In this document: positions 1 through 9,703 of the stretch, in pieces
Layout: the number at the start of each line of letters is the position of its first letter
Numbering within the stretch: the first letter of the stretch is position 1
NCBI GenBank assembly: GCA_965205215.1
Contig: OZ242041.1
Coordinates: 256,001 to 320,000 of the forward strand
Length of the DNA: 64,000 nt
Source: Nitrosopumilus sp.
GTDB lineage: Archaea > Thermoproteota > Nitrososphaeria > Nitrososphaerales > Nitrosopumilaceae
Direction of reading: 5' to 3'
The notes under the pieces: model-generated
What the model was told of the DNA's origin: nothing
Database searches by the model: none
Seen by the model: the letters and a program-made list of their open reading frames with translations, nothing else
Made by a program: the position numbers and the translations under genes

Positions 1-156
1 GCAGACATCGACACTGAGACGGAGATGCTCGGATACGGCATGTCCGTTGTCCTGCTGAACCTGGGAATGTATGTTGGAATTCCAGCATTTGCAATCCTGA
101 AATGCACCAAACTGGTACGGGCAAGACTTCACACGGAAAACCCCCAAAACAGATAA
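1..156 (+). CDS. C-terminal end of CFI-box-CTERM domain protein (partial)
   Basis: Frame 1 reads ADIDTETEMLGYGMSVVLLNLGMYVGIPAFAILK..., stop TAA at 154-156. This resembles the thaumarchaeal CFI-box-CTERM tail (E-E-LGYG--V-LLN-GMY). Confidence 0.75.
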   Translation, partial: ADIDTETEMLGYGMSVVLLNLGMYVGIPAFAILKCTKLVRARLHTENPQNR

Positions 157-318
157 TGTAACGGGCAACAGTAAATTACATTGTCTACATATTTTTAACT
201 TTCATAACTAGAACAGAGCGCCCTTCATTCGAACCAAGTTACATGCACGAGACACCTCACGGCAAAAGAAAGAAGCGCGAATTTGAGATAGAAGGCGATC
301 CTCAAGTAACGCCAAGCA

Positions 319-1071
319 TCAGGCAGCAGGCCTTCGAGTTAGGGATATCACACCCATGACAATGGCGACGGCAGACATGGAGAGCCCCATGACGGCAAAG
401 TTGTAAGACAGGCCGCCTGCATCATTGCTGCTGTTATTGTTGCCAGGTGGTACCATATCCTCACCAGATTTCAGTCTCGAGACGTCCTGCTGCAGGGAGG
501 ATATCGCCTTTTTCATTGCGACGGTATCGGCCGCATCCGCTCCTCCTCCTCCTCCGCTGCCGCCTCCGCCCGCGACAGGCGGAAAGTCCAGCGCCGCCGT
601 GTGCTCCACGTCCTCAATTGGGATCACGATATCCACGGGCGTGCCTCGAATATCGCCCTGTACCTGAAGCAGGTACGTTCCGGTTCTGGTTGGAATTATC
701 GGGGACAGGTAGTGTCCCGGCAGGTTGTCGGGGTTGAAGGCAGCCACCTTTGACTCGCCGCCGAACATTATCGTCGCCTCCACGCCCCGAAAGACGTGTG
801 TGACACCGGTGGACTGGCCCTCCACCTCGCCGCGCTCGACTACCGACAGTACGACCGAGTTTCTCAGTCCCACTATGGGCGGCTCCACGTCCCATCCGGC
901 CTCAATATCATACTTGTCGACTGAGATGGTGGTGTGGGCAAAAGAAGGCGCGGCAAGTCCGGCCGACAAAACAAAGAACACGGCCAGTGCGCATGCAGAC
1001 AGTGCCAGCATCTTTGGTCCGGCCGTCTTTGGCACCACCAGCCTCGCTGTTGGCGTACCCGCAACCATCAC
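319..1071 (-). CDS. Membrane-anchored secreted protein with predicted mature N-terminal His; possible copper-binding protein
   Basis: Signal peptide ending SFA|HTT, beta-rich domain, Gly linker, C-terminal TM helix. AT-rich TATA-like box ~25 nt upstream. Divergent from copCD. Confidence 0.7.
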   Translation of the reverse strand: MMVAGTPTARLVVPKTAGPKMLALSACALAVFFVLSAGLAAPSFAHTTISVDKYDIEAGWDVEPPIVGLRNSVVLSVVERGEVEGQSTGVTHVFRGVEATIMFGGESKVAAFNPDNLPGHYLSPIIPTRTGTYLLQVQGDIRGTPVDIVIPIEDVEHTAALDFPPVAGGGGSGGGGGADAADTVAMKKAISSLQQDVSRLKSGEDMVPPGNNNSSNDAGGLSYNFAVMGLSMSAVAIVMGVISLTRRPAA

Positions 1072-1286
1072 ATCGTTTCAGTCACTATGGGTTATTATAT
1101 TTACGCGGATGCTAGCAGCCGGCGAAGTTTTCAGAAATTCATCGTCAATGCCAGAAAACATCACGAGACAGCAGTCACCCGGAACCTAAACGACAGCTTG
1201 CATAAATTACGATGCAGGCAGGTGCTACTCCCAAGTGTGGCCGGAACAAAGTGCGTTTATTTGTGGCACCGCACACATATAGGCAA

Positions 1287-4200
1287 ATGCGAACCGTGCC
1301 GTTCCCCGGGCAAGCCACAAAAGGGAGTAGGACAGCGACAAACTCAGCATTGCATCTGTCATCATTGTCATCGGTCACCAACACCACCAAAACCGCACGA
1401 GTCGTGGTTCTACTGACGATTCTGGCAATCCCTCTCATGCTGGCGTCGCCGGCAGTCCCACTTGCATCGGCCCATCCGTACATAGAGGAGACCACTCCAA
1501 GCACGGCCCAGAACGCGCCCGCAGGGACAAGCGAGGTGATAGTGTACTTTTCAGAATCAGTGGACATAGAGTTCAGCGAGATCAAGGTCATAAACGACAA
1601 GGGAGATCGCATCGACAACAGAGATCTCAGGTATCACCACGAAGACGTGGCGCTGGCCGTCTCAACGCCCCCACTTGAGGACGGGGTCTACACGGTCTCC
1701 ACAAAGGTGCTCTCAAAGGTGGACGGCCACCTGGTCCCCGGCGTCTTCCTGTTCGGCGTGGGGGAGGCAACGATAGATCCCGAGCTGCTGTCCCAAGAGA
1801 AGCAGACTGAGCTGCTGTTCCTGCCCGAGGCCGGCGCCGAGCTCCCAGGCATAGTGGGCCAGACCATCATAGTCGGGGCGGCAGTGGCCGCAATCGCAGT
1901 CTGGGAGTCCCACAGGGACAGGCGGCACGGCCGCACCGAATCATCACCGTCATCAGCAATGGAACAAGAGCACCACAAAAGGTTCATGCAGCTTACGGGG
2001 GCGGGACTGCTGCTCGTACTGGCATCGGACATGATGGTAATTGCGCTGCAGATGTCAAGACTGGAGTCCGGGCTTGTGGAGACCGTCCAGACCCAATTTG
2101 GCATGATATGGCTTGCAAGAATGGCGATCACCATGGCCCTGTTTGGCGCATGGTTTGCCGCCAACAAGGCCGGCAGGTCAAGGCCAAAGACGATGCACGC
2201 GGCCATGCTGGCCGCCGCGCTGGCCCTCATGCTGACGTCAAGCATGTCGGGGCATGGCGCGGCGACGGAGACTGTCGAAGCAGTGCTTCTTGACTATATC
2301 CACAACATAGTGGCCGGAATATGGATAGGCGGGATAATATACATCGTGTTCGGGCTCCTGCCGGTACTCTCAAGATTCCCCGACGTCAAGGAGCGGCTCA
2401 GCCTGGCCGCAATCCCGAGGTTCTCTGCAATATTCATAGTGTCTGTGGGAATCGTCATAGTGACCGGCCCCATCCTGCTGTGGACCTTGGAAAGCGACGT
2501 GGGCATGATTACGGAATCGGTGTTTGGCAGGCTGATCATACTAAAGGTTGCAATCGCGTCGGTCATGGTGGGCATGGGTGGGCTTGTCCAGTACACCATA
2601 CAAAAGAGGGCCGAATCCGATATCGCCTCATCAAAAAAGCCCCAAGTCCACGGCAGGCTCAGCAAGACACTCAGGGTTGACGCGGCACTCGGGATAGCCC
2701 TGCTGGTGGTAGTGGCCATCCTCACCAACGGGACCCTGCCCGCGGGCGAGATACGGAGCGTCGAGGCGCAGCAGTCGTTTGGCGGGCTTGCCGCGACCGA
2801 GTTCTCCGAGAGCATAAAGTTCGACATCGAGATAACACCGTTTGCCACGGGGGAGAACGGCATTGCCATAACGGTATCAGGGACAGACGGGACTGACCTA
2901 GACGATCTGGACAGGATAAAGGCAAAGGCGTCGAACCCGGCCAGGGGCATCCCCCCAATCGAGCTGGACCTGCAGGACGTGACACGGGACAGGGGGGATG
3001 CGGGGGCAACAGGCTCCGTCACGTACCAAGGAGTCCTGACCCTCGCATTCTCAGGCCAGTGGCTCGTAGAGATCGAGGCCCAGCGCCTGCAGAACGCAAA
3101 CGAGGCGGTGCGCCTCGACATATTTGCAAGGCCGAACCTGAGGGACATGGACACAACGCTTGCAGAGTACGATCTCCCCGCCAACAACACAAGCCCGCTT
3201 CACGCCGCGTACGACCATGCGGGGAGCGTCTGGTTCACAGACGCGTCGGCGCCGCGCCTGTGGCAGGTCGACACGGAGACGGGCCAGGCCACACCGCACG
3301 AGTTTGAGGGAGCCTCGTCGTCGTTTATCACGTACAATGAGAAGGACCGCAGCATATGGTTTACGGACAGCAGGGGCGGCCAGATCGGGCACGCGAGGCA
3401 GCAGGGCGGTGACGGTGATTATGTCATAACCACCATAAAGACCCCCGAGTTCGAATCAAGGCAGCCCCAGTCAGATCCGACTGGCGAAAAGGCCTTGCCC
3501 TTCTTCATAGAGTCGGACAGAGACGGTGACGTGTGGCTGACCGTGATAAACAAGGGGCTGATAGCAAGGTATGACGTGCAGTCAGAGGAGTTTGAAGAGT
3601 ACCACGTTCCGGGCCGCGACTCGCTGCCGTTTGCGCTGGCAGAGGGGCCCGACGGCATGATGTGGTATACTGCCACCGGAACCGGAACCGTCGGATATAT
3701 CGATCCCGGCAACGGCAGCATGACGCAGGTAATCGGCCCCGACCGGCCGCTCGAGGCGCCGGAGGCCCTCCTCTTTGAGGATGAGTCGGAGGGGGGAGGC
3801 CTCTGGATCACAGAGCATACGGGCTTTGCAGTCGTGAGGTATGATCCCGTGCTGGACACCCTTGCAAGGTACGAGGTACGGGACGCCGACGCGCTGCCGT
3901 TTGGAATGGCTTTTGACAGGTACGGCAACGTCTGGTTTGCGCAACACACGGTGGATGTCATAGGCGTCATCGACCCGCGCAGTGGAAACATGGCCGAGGT
4001 GGAGGTCCCGACGGCGACGTCGTTTGTGCAGTTTCTAGAGTCCGATGGCGACGGAAACATATGGTTTGCAGAGCAGAGGGGTGGCAAGATAGGCGTCATA
4101 TCCATCTCTGAGAGGCCCAGCACGTACAGCGCGCAGGACCTGCAGGAGTCCGTTCCGCGGGCATACGAGGTCAGGTACGCGGACCTCGTCTCGCCGCTCA

Positions 4201-4310
4201 TGGCGCTCGGCGTGCTTTCCGCCTCGCTGTTCTATGTAAAGGCCGTGCGCGACGGAAGGAGGCTGGATGGCATCATGATGAACATGCCGCCCGACAAGCG
4301 ACCCGGCTGA
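1287..4310 (+). CDS. Copper resistance CopC-CopD fusion with Ig-like domain and Vgb-lyase-like beta-propeller
   Basis: ASA|HPY N-terminal His and VLSKVDGH (CopC). Multi-TM region with SGHG and HNIVAGIWIGG (CopD). Repeated D-x-x-G-x-x-W-F propeller blades and a C-terminal TM. Start uncertain (ORF opens at 1212). Confidence 0.85.
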   Translation: MRTVPFPGQATKGSRTATNSALHLSSLSSVTNTTKTARVVVLLTILAIPLMLASPAVPLASAHPYIEETTPSTAQNAPAGTSEVIVYFSESVDIEFSEIKVINDKGDRIDNRDLRYHHEDVALAVSTPPLEDGVYTVSTKVLSKVDGHLVPGVFLFGVGEATIDPELLSQEKQTELLFLPEAGAELPGIVGQTIIVGAAVAAIAVWESHRDRRHGRTESSPSSAMEQEHHKRFMQLTGAGLLLVLASDMMVIALQMSRLESGLVETVQTQFGMIWLARMAITMALFGAWFAANKAGRSRPKTMHAAMLAAALALMLTSSMSGHGAATETVEAVLLDYIHNIVAGIWIGGIIYIVFGLLPVLSRFPDVKERLSLAAIPRFSAIFIVSVGIVIVTGPILLWTLESDVGMITESVFGRLIILKVAIASVMVGMGGLVQYTIQKRAESDIASSKKPQVHGRLSKTLRVDAALGIALLVVVAILTNGTLPAGEIRSVEAQQSFGGLAATEFSESIKFDIEITPFATGENGIAITVSGTDGTDLDDLDRIKAKASNPARGIPPIELDLQDVTRDRGDAGATGSVTYQGVLTLAFSGQWLVEIEAQRLQNANEAVRLDIFARPNLRDMDTTLAEYDLPANNTSPLHAAYDHAGSVWFTDASAPRLWQVDTETGQATPHEFEGASSSFITYNEKDRSIWFTDSRGGQIGHARQQGGDGDYVITTIKTPEFESRQPQSDPTGEKALPFFIESDRDGDVWLTVINKGLIARYDVQSEEFEEYHVPGRDSLPFALAEGPDGMMWYTATGTGTVGYIDPGNGSMTQVIGPDRPLEAPEALLFEDESEGGGLWITEHTGFAVVRYDPVLDTLARYEVRDADALPFGMAFDRYGNVWFAQHTVDVIGVIDPRSGNMAEVEVPTATSFVQFLESDGDGNIWFAEQRGGKIGVISISERPSTYSAQDLQESVPRAYEVRYADLVSPLMALGVLSASLFYVKAVRDGRRLDGIMMNMPPDKRPG

Positions 4311-4434
4311 CTCTGCCGCCATCGCGGGGGCGCCGGCCGCCATGGCAGCGGCCGGACACTACGGGGCGTTGATACAGGCAGTAGCCAAGCTTGAAGAACG
4401 GGCGTCGCCTTTCCGCGCACAGTCCCTATTGGTC

Positions 4435-5631
4435 TTAGCACAGCGCCGCCTGGAGGTTCTCAAGGTTTTGGTACATCTTGGACATGTATGTCTCGTCGGG
4501 CTGTGCAATCTCAAGCGGCGACAAGGTCAGGACCCGTCCGCCTATCTCGTCTGCAACGACCTGCGCCGTCTTGGGATCGGCCGCCTCGTCGGTAAATATG
4601 ACGTCCAGGCCCTGCGCCCTGGCAGTCTCAATCACGTCATGGAGCGTCCTCGGGGCGATCTCGCCGTACGGAGTCAGCGACCTTAGTATGACGTGCTGGA
4701 CCAAGTCATACTCTTCTGAAAAGTAGGCAAACGCAAAGTGGTACGCCACAAACTCACGTGAGCACGATTCCAGCCCGGTCCTGATGTCAGAGTCCAGCTG
4801 CTGCAGCTCTGCAATGTACCTGTCGGCGTTTTCCTGATAGTAGTCGGCGTTCTTGGGATCGGCCTCTGAGAGCCCGTCGGCGATATTCTGTACCTGTATC
4901 TGGGCGAGAATCGGGTTAAGCCATATGTGCGGGTCGCCGACAAACGCGCCTCCGGGGGCATCGTCATCGTGGCCGTCGCCGTGATCGTCCTTGGCCTCCA
5001 TGCCGTGGTCGTCATCGCCGTGATCGTCCTTGGCCTCCATGCCGTGGCCGTCGCCGTGATCGTCCTTGGCCTCCATGCCGTGGTCGTCATCGCCGTGATC
5101 GTCCTTGGCCTCCATGCCGTGGTCGTCATCGCCGTGATCGTCCTTGGCCTCCATGCCGTGGTCGTCATCGCCGTGATCGTCACCTTCTTCCCCGTGGCCG
5201 TGGCCGTGATCGTGGCCGTGCGTTCCTTCCGCTGCCTCCATCACCTCTACTCCCTTGCTGGTGTCAATCAAGACGCCCTCAAATCCGACGTCCTCCAGAC
5301 TATCCAGCCACGTCTCAAATCCGATTCCATTAATCGCTATGGCATCTGCACTCTGCATGCGCTGGGCGTCCCTGACGGTGGGCTCCCAGTCGTGCGGCTC
5401 GGCGCCAGGCGGTAGGATCAGATTCGACTCGACCTTGTCCCCGCCCACGGCATTTACAAACTGCCAGATTGGATAAAACGACGACAGCACCAGTATCCGT
5501 GGCTCCTCTGCAACGGCCGTGCCCTCCACGTCTGCCGGCTCCGGCTCTATCGTGGTGCTGTATACGGCAAAGATTGCAAGCGGGATCACCACCGCAATTG
5601 CGATGCCCGCGTAGACCGCCTTGGATACCAT
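4435..5631 (-). CDS. znuA: Zn/Mn ABC transporter substrate-binding protein (ZnuA/TroA family), copy 1
   Basis: PGAEPHDWEP, DPHIWLNP and HFAFAYF motifs, His/Asp-rich loop. Start MVSKAVYAG is shared with the paralogue. Confidence 0.9.
   Translation of the reverse strand: MVSKAVYAGIAIAVVIPLAIFAVYSTTIEPEPADVEGTAVAEEPRILVLSSFYPIWQFVNAVGGDKVESNLILPPGAEPHDWEPTVRDAQRMQSADAIAINGIGFETWLDSLEDVGFEGVLIDTSKGVEVMEAAEGTHGHDHGHGHGEEGDDHGDDDHGMEAKDDHGDDDHGMEAKDDHGDDDHGMEAKDDHGDGHGMEAKDDHGDDDHGMEAKDDHGDGHDDDAPGGAFVGDPHIWLNPILAQIQVQNIADGLSEADPKNADYYQENADRYIAELQQLDSDIRTGLESCSREFVAYHFAFAYFSEEYDLVQHVILRSLTPYGEIAPRTLHDVIETARAQGLDVIFTDEAADPKTAQVVADEIGGRVLTLSPLEIAQPDETYMSKMYQNLENLQAALC
4981..5181 (-). repeat. 39-bp tandem repeat (DDHGDDDHGMEAK), about 5 units including one 36-bp variant
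   Basis: Unit gtgatcgtccttggcctccatgccgtggtcgtcatcgcc repeated in the sequence. Confidence 0.95.
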
Positions 5632-5645
5632 GTGCGGTCTTCGCA

Positions 5646-5662
5646 GGTAGCTATTAATAAAT
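5646..5662 (-). promoter_or_regulatory. TATA box/operator of znuA copy 1
   Basis: ggtagctattaataa lies 15-30 nt from the ATG. A near-identical ggtagttattaataa sits at the same spacing before znuA copy 2. Confidence 0.55.
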
Positions 5663-6045
5663 CTTGAGAATATAATAATAATAATTATCAGAATTTGATC
5701 AAAATATAATATCCTAGCCGCATCCGGCGGCCTCGACGGCCGGACACATGCGAGCTTGACCAGCGTCGTGGATCCTCCATGGCCCCTTGGCAGATCCGGG
5801 ACGGCGGGGGGCTGGAACCGGGATGCTCGTCTCCGATTAGAGGAACAGGGCCGTCGTGGGAGAGGTAAGTGGAAGGAAGGAGGATAAACGCAGGATCCCG
5901 TCATACGGAGGGAAGGCAATACGCCGACGGCGTCGCATCGTCTTGGAAGCGGCGTGCGTGACGGCCACCCGCCGACCCACTGCCCATCCAAGGGCTATAC
6001 GTGACGGGAAGCGGAAGGGAGGGGTCGGACGGCATGACGGTGGGC

Positions 6046-6864
6046 CTACCGACGGGCCAACAGTCCGGCGGACTTTGCCCCCATCGTGGCCCCAAGCACG
6101 CATATTGCCAAGACAACTATGCTTCCGGCAGGGGCGATATTCAGTACATACGACAGAAATATACCAGCGATTACGGTCGATACGGAGATCCCTATCGATA
6201 GGACAACCGTGCTCTGAAACCCGCGCCCCAGCATCATGGCAGTGACGTTCGGTATGACAAAGAGCGCTGAGATGAGCAGCACCCCGACGAGCTGTATCGC
6301 GGTGACCACGGTCAGCCCCGCCATGAACACTAGCAGGTAGGTTATCCGCTCCACGCGTATTCCACTCACCTTTGCCTGCTTTTCATCAAACGTAGTGTAC
6401 AGTATCTGCCTAAAGAGCGCCAGTATGACAAGCAGGATGGCGCCGGTCATTGCCAGTATCAGTATGGTGTCATCTACGCTTACAAGCAGTATGCTTCCAA
6501 ACAGAAAGCTGAATATGTCAACTGAGAACCCCCCAGACAGCCCTATTATGACCAGCCCCACCGCGATCCCGGACGACAGCAGCACCGCGATTGCCGCGTC
6601 CCCGGACACGTTGTACTTTTCCCGGATCCGCGTGATCAGTACGGCGCTGATTATGGATATCACGTACGCCATCCACAGCGGGTAGATGCCCATAAGAAGT
6701 CCCAGCGCCACGCCACCAAACGAGGAGTGGGCCAGGGCGTCACCGAACAGCGAGAAGCGCCTCAGCACGAGAAATATTCCAACTACGGAGCACAGCACGG
6801 CGATGGTGGCGCCGGACAAGAGCGCCCGTTGCATAAAGTCGTACGCGAGCACCTCAAAGACCAT
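6046..6864 (-). CDS. znuB: Zn/Mn ABC transporter permease
   Basis: VLRRFSLFGDALAH motif, multiple TM helices, VGVLLISALFVIP. Confidence 0.92.
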   Translation of the reverse strand: MVFEVLAYDFMQRALLSGATIAVLCSVVGIFLVLRRFSLFGDALAHSSFGGVALGLLMGIYPLWMAYVISIISAVLITRIREKYNVSGDAAIAVLLSSGIAVGLVIIGLSGGFSVDIFSFLFGSILLVSVDDTILILAMTGAILLVILALFRQILYTTFDEKQAKVSGIRVERITYLLVFMAGLTVVTAIQLVGVLLISALFVIPNVTAMMLGRGFQSTVVLSIGISVSTVIAGIFLSYVLNIAPAGSIVVLAICVLGATMGAKSAGLLARR

Positions 6865-6933
6865 TACATTCCCCCACACGCGCTGCTGCCTGTCGCTGTC
6901 ATGGCCATCATCACCTGCAACCGCCCACCAGTG

Positions 6934-7701
6934 TCACGAGGCTTCATTTCTTATGGGCTGGGGTTTGGTGATGCCGGGGTTGTACTCCATGCATTCGGAG
7001 GGGTCGGTGCACTGGCACATGATCTGCGCCAGTTTCTCGTCAGCGAAGAACTCCTTGGCGGCGCCGTGAAAGAACAGTGTGCGGTTAAGGCATGCCACAT
7101 GGCTTGACATCATTTTTATGGCGTCAAGGTCGTGCGACGACCACGCGATGGTTATTCCGTGGTTTAAGTTGAGATCCTTCAGTATTCCATAAAACAGGCT
7201 CATGCTGGCCTGGTCTATGCCCGCGACGGGCTCGTCTAGGATGAGCATCTTGGGATCGTTTACCAGGGCCTTTGCAATAAAGACGCGCTGCTGCTGCCCC
7301 CCGGAGAGCTCCCCAATCCGCCGATCCGCAAGCTCATGTATCCACAACTCGCGCATTACCTCGTCTATGCGCTCCTCCTGGACTCCGTGCCACATTCCCA
7401 GCTGTATCACCTCCCGGACCGTAACGGGAAAGTTTCGCTCAAAGTGCATCATCTGCGGCACATACCCGATCTTTTTTAGCGGACCTTTGGATCTGTGTAT
7501 GTTCTGCCCGAATACCCGTATCGCGCCGGTATACTGTGTGTTGAGCCCAAGCATGCATGCAAAGAGCGTGGACTTGCCCGCTCCGTTGGGCCCTATTATG
7601 CCAAGAAACTCGCCCTGATCCACGTCAAATGACACGTTCTCGAGGGCCTGCACTCCGGCATAGCTCACGCTCAGGTTGGAAACCTCTACTGGTCTTGGCA
7701 T
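6934..7701 (-). CDS. znuC: Zn/Mn ABC transporter ATP-binding protein
   Basis: Walker A GPNGAGKST, LSGGQQQR signature, LILDEP Walker B, SSHDL H-loop. Confidence 0.93.
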   Translation of the reverse strand: MPRPVEVSNLSVSYAGVQALENVSFDVDQGEFLGIIGPNGAGKSTLFACMLGLNTQYTGAIRVFGQNIHRSKGPLKKIGYVPQMMHFERNFPVTVREVIQLGMWHGVQEERIDEVMRELWIHELADRRIGELSGGQQQRVFIAKALVNDPKMLILDEPVAGIDQASMSLFYGILKDLNLNHGITIAWSSHDLDAIKMMSSHVACLNRTLFFHGAAKEFFADEKLAQIMCQCTDPSECMEYNPGITKPQPIRNEAS

Positions 7702-9200
7702 AATGCCACCTGAAGGTTCTCAAGGTTTTGGTACATTTTGGATATGTATGTCTCGCCGGGCTCTCCAATCTCAAGCGGTGACAGGATCATAACGCGCCCG
7801 CCTATCTCGTCTGCAACAATCTGTGCGGTCCTGGGATCGACTGCCTCTTCGGTGAATATGACATCGATGCCCTGCGCCCTAGCGGTCTCAATCACATCCC
7901 TGAGTGTTCCCGGGGCGACATCACTGTGCGGGGTTGCCGACTTTAGTATGGTGTGCTGGACCAAGTCATATTCCAATGTAAAGTAGGTAAACGCCTGGTG
8001 GAACGCTACAAATTCACGTGAGCACGATTCCAGCCCGGTTCTGATGTCAGAGTCCAGCTGCTGCAGCTCTGCGATGTACCTGTCGGCGTTTTCCTGATAG
8101 TAGTCGGCGTTCTCGGGATCGGCCTCTGAAAGCCCGTCGGCGATATTCTGTACCTGTATCTGGACAAGAACCGGGTTCAGCCATATGTGTGGGTCGCCGA
8201 GCAGCTCATCTTCGTGGTGGTCGTCATCGTCGCCGTGGTCGTCCTCCTTGGCCTCCATGCCGTGGTCGTCATCGTCCATGGCCTCCATGCCGTGGTCGTC
8301 ATCGTCCATGGCCTCCATGCCGTGGTCGTCATCGTCCATGGCCTCCATGCCGTGGTCGTCATCGTCCATGGCCTCCATGCCGTGGTCGTCATCGTCCATG
8401 GCCTCCATGCCGTGGTCGTCATCGTCCATGGCCTCCATGCCGTGGTCGTCATCGTCCATGGCCTCCATGCCGTGGTCGTCATCGTCCATGGCCTCCATGC
8501 CGTGGTCGTCATCGTCCATGGCCTCCATGCCGTGGTCGTCATCGTCCATGGCCTCCATGCCGTGGTCGTCATCGTCCATGGCCTCCATGCCGTGGTCGTC
8601 ATCGTCCATGGCCTCCATGCCGTGGTCGTCATCGTCCATGGCCTCCATGCCGTGGTCGTCATCGTCCATGGCCTCCATGCCGTGGTCGTCATCGTCCATG
8701 GCCTCCATGCCGTGGTCGTCATCGTCATCATCGTGGTCGTCCTTGGCCTCCATGCCGTGGTCGTCATCATCTTCATCTCCGTGGGCATGTGCACCCTCCA
8801 CCGCTTCCATCAACTCTATTCCTTTACTGGTATCAACCAAGACGCCCTCAAATCCGACGTCGTGCAGGCTCTCCACCCACGTCTCAAACCCGCCTCCGTT
8901 AATCACGACAACGTCTGCGCTCCTCATGTCCTGGACATCCCTGACGGTGGGCTCCCAGTCATGAGGTTCGGCGCCCGGTGGCAGAACCAGCGCCGACTCG
9001 ATCCTGTCCCCGCCCACATTACTCACAAACTGCTCAATTGGATAAAACGATGATAATACGAATATCTTTGGCTCCTCTGCCGGAGTCACGTCTTGCACAT
9101 CTGCCGGTTCCGGCTCTATAGTGGTGCTGTATACGGCAAATATGGCAAGTGGAATTATCACTGCGATCGCGATACCCGCGTAGACCGCCTTGGACACCAT
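7686..9200 (-). CDS. znuA: Zn/Mn ABC transporter substrate-binding protein, copy 2, with greatly expanded acidic His/Met loop
   Basis: EPHDWEP, DPHIWLNP and HQAFTYF motifs; (DDDDHGMEAM)n loop. Confidence 0.9.
   Translation of the reverse strand: MVSKAVYAGIAIAVIIPLAIFAVYSTTIEPEPADVQDVTPAEEPKIFVLSSFYPIEQFVSNVGGDRIESALVLPPGAEPHDWEPTVRDVQDMRSADVVVINGGGFETWVESLHDVGFEGVLVDTSKGIELMEAVEGAHAHGDEDDDDHGMEAKDDHDDDDDDHGMEAMDDDDHGMEAMDDDDHGMEAMDDDDHGMEAMDDDDHGMEAMDDDDHGMEAMDDDDHGMEAMDDDDHGMEAMDDDDHGMEAMDDDDHGMEAMDDDDHGMEAMDDDDHGMEAMDDDDHGMEAMDDDDHGMEAMDDDDHGMEAMDDDDHGMEAKEDDHGDDDDHHEDELLGDPHIWLNPVLVQIQVQNIADGLSEADPENADYYQENADRYIAELQQLDSDIRTGLESCSREFVAFHQAFTYFTLEYDLVQHTILKSATPHSDVAPGTLRDVIETARAQGIDVIFTEEAVDPRTAQIVADEIGGRVMILSPLEIGEPGETYISKMYQNLENLQVALCQDQ
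8251..8726 (-). repeat. Perfect 30-bp tandem repeat, 15 copies plus a partial one (DDDDHGMEAM)
   Basis: gcctccatgccgtggtcgtcatcgtccatg is repeated exactly from 8251 to 8700. Confidence 0.97.
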
Positions 9201-9288
9201 ATATAATGGGCATGGGTAGTTATTAATAAGTTTTTAACTTAATAATAAATAGTAAAAACTTATAAGATTAATGTTAATAACGTGACGT
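9201..9288. promoter_or_regulatory. AT-rich divergent promoter region between znuA2 and the NikR-like regulator
   Basis: Very AT-rich, with repeated ttaataa elements and TATA-like boxes on both strands. Confidence 0.6.
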
Positions 9289-9672
9289 ATGTCGATCATC
9301 TCGATCTCCCTGAACGATCAGATCCTCTCTGAGATTGACGCGTACAGGAAGGCGCTGGGCTTTTCCGGACGCTCGGAGATAATCAGGGCGGGGATCAGGT
9401 CATTCATCTCCGAGGAGAAGCAAAAGGCCGAGATGAGTGGCGACATAAACTCGATACTGCTCGTGCTGCACGATGACGACTTTGACAATGTCGCGTCGGA
9501 CCTCAGCAAGGACTATGAGGACATGATAAGGACCCGCATGCACAGCAAGATAGACGGCAAAAAGTGCATGGAGCTCTTCGTGCTGAGGGGCAACGCAAAG
9601 CTGATCACCGAGATGACGGCCAAGTACACCACGAACAGGTACATGGACACGGTGAAGATAGTCGCGTTCTGA
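9289..9672 (+). CDS. NikR-family (CopG/RHH + ACT) metal-responsive transcriptional regulator
   Basis: IISISL...GFSGRSEIIR RHH domain; C-terminal domain with H..CMELFVLRG. Confidence 0.85.
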   Translation: MSIISISLNDQILSEIDAYRKALGFSGRSEIIRAGIRSFISEEKQKAEMSGDINSILLVLHDDDFDNVASDLSKDYEDMIRTRMHSKIDGKKCMELFVLRGNAKLITEMTAKYTTNRYMDTVKIVAF

Positions 9673-9703
9673 AGGGGCCGGCGGCCGATACGGGAGGCGG
9701 CGG

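Noticed and set aside
5632-6045. Long znuA N-terminal extension or an ncRNA in this gap
   Set aside because: The paralogue and promoter spacing fix the start at 5631, and I recognised no RNA family motif.
8251-8726. CRISPR array
   Set aside because: The 30-bp units are contiguous with no spacers and encode an in-frame peptide in ZnuA; no cas genes are present.
8177-9053. Alternative-frame repetitive ORFs (PWTMTTTAWR, SSSSMASMPW, HAVVVIVHGL, PWPPCRGRHR)
   Set aside because: They are shadows of the stop-free tandem repeat inside znuA.
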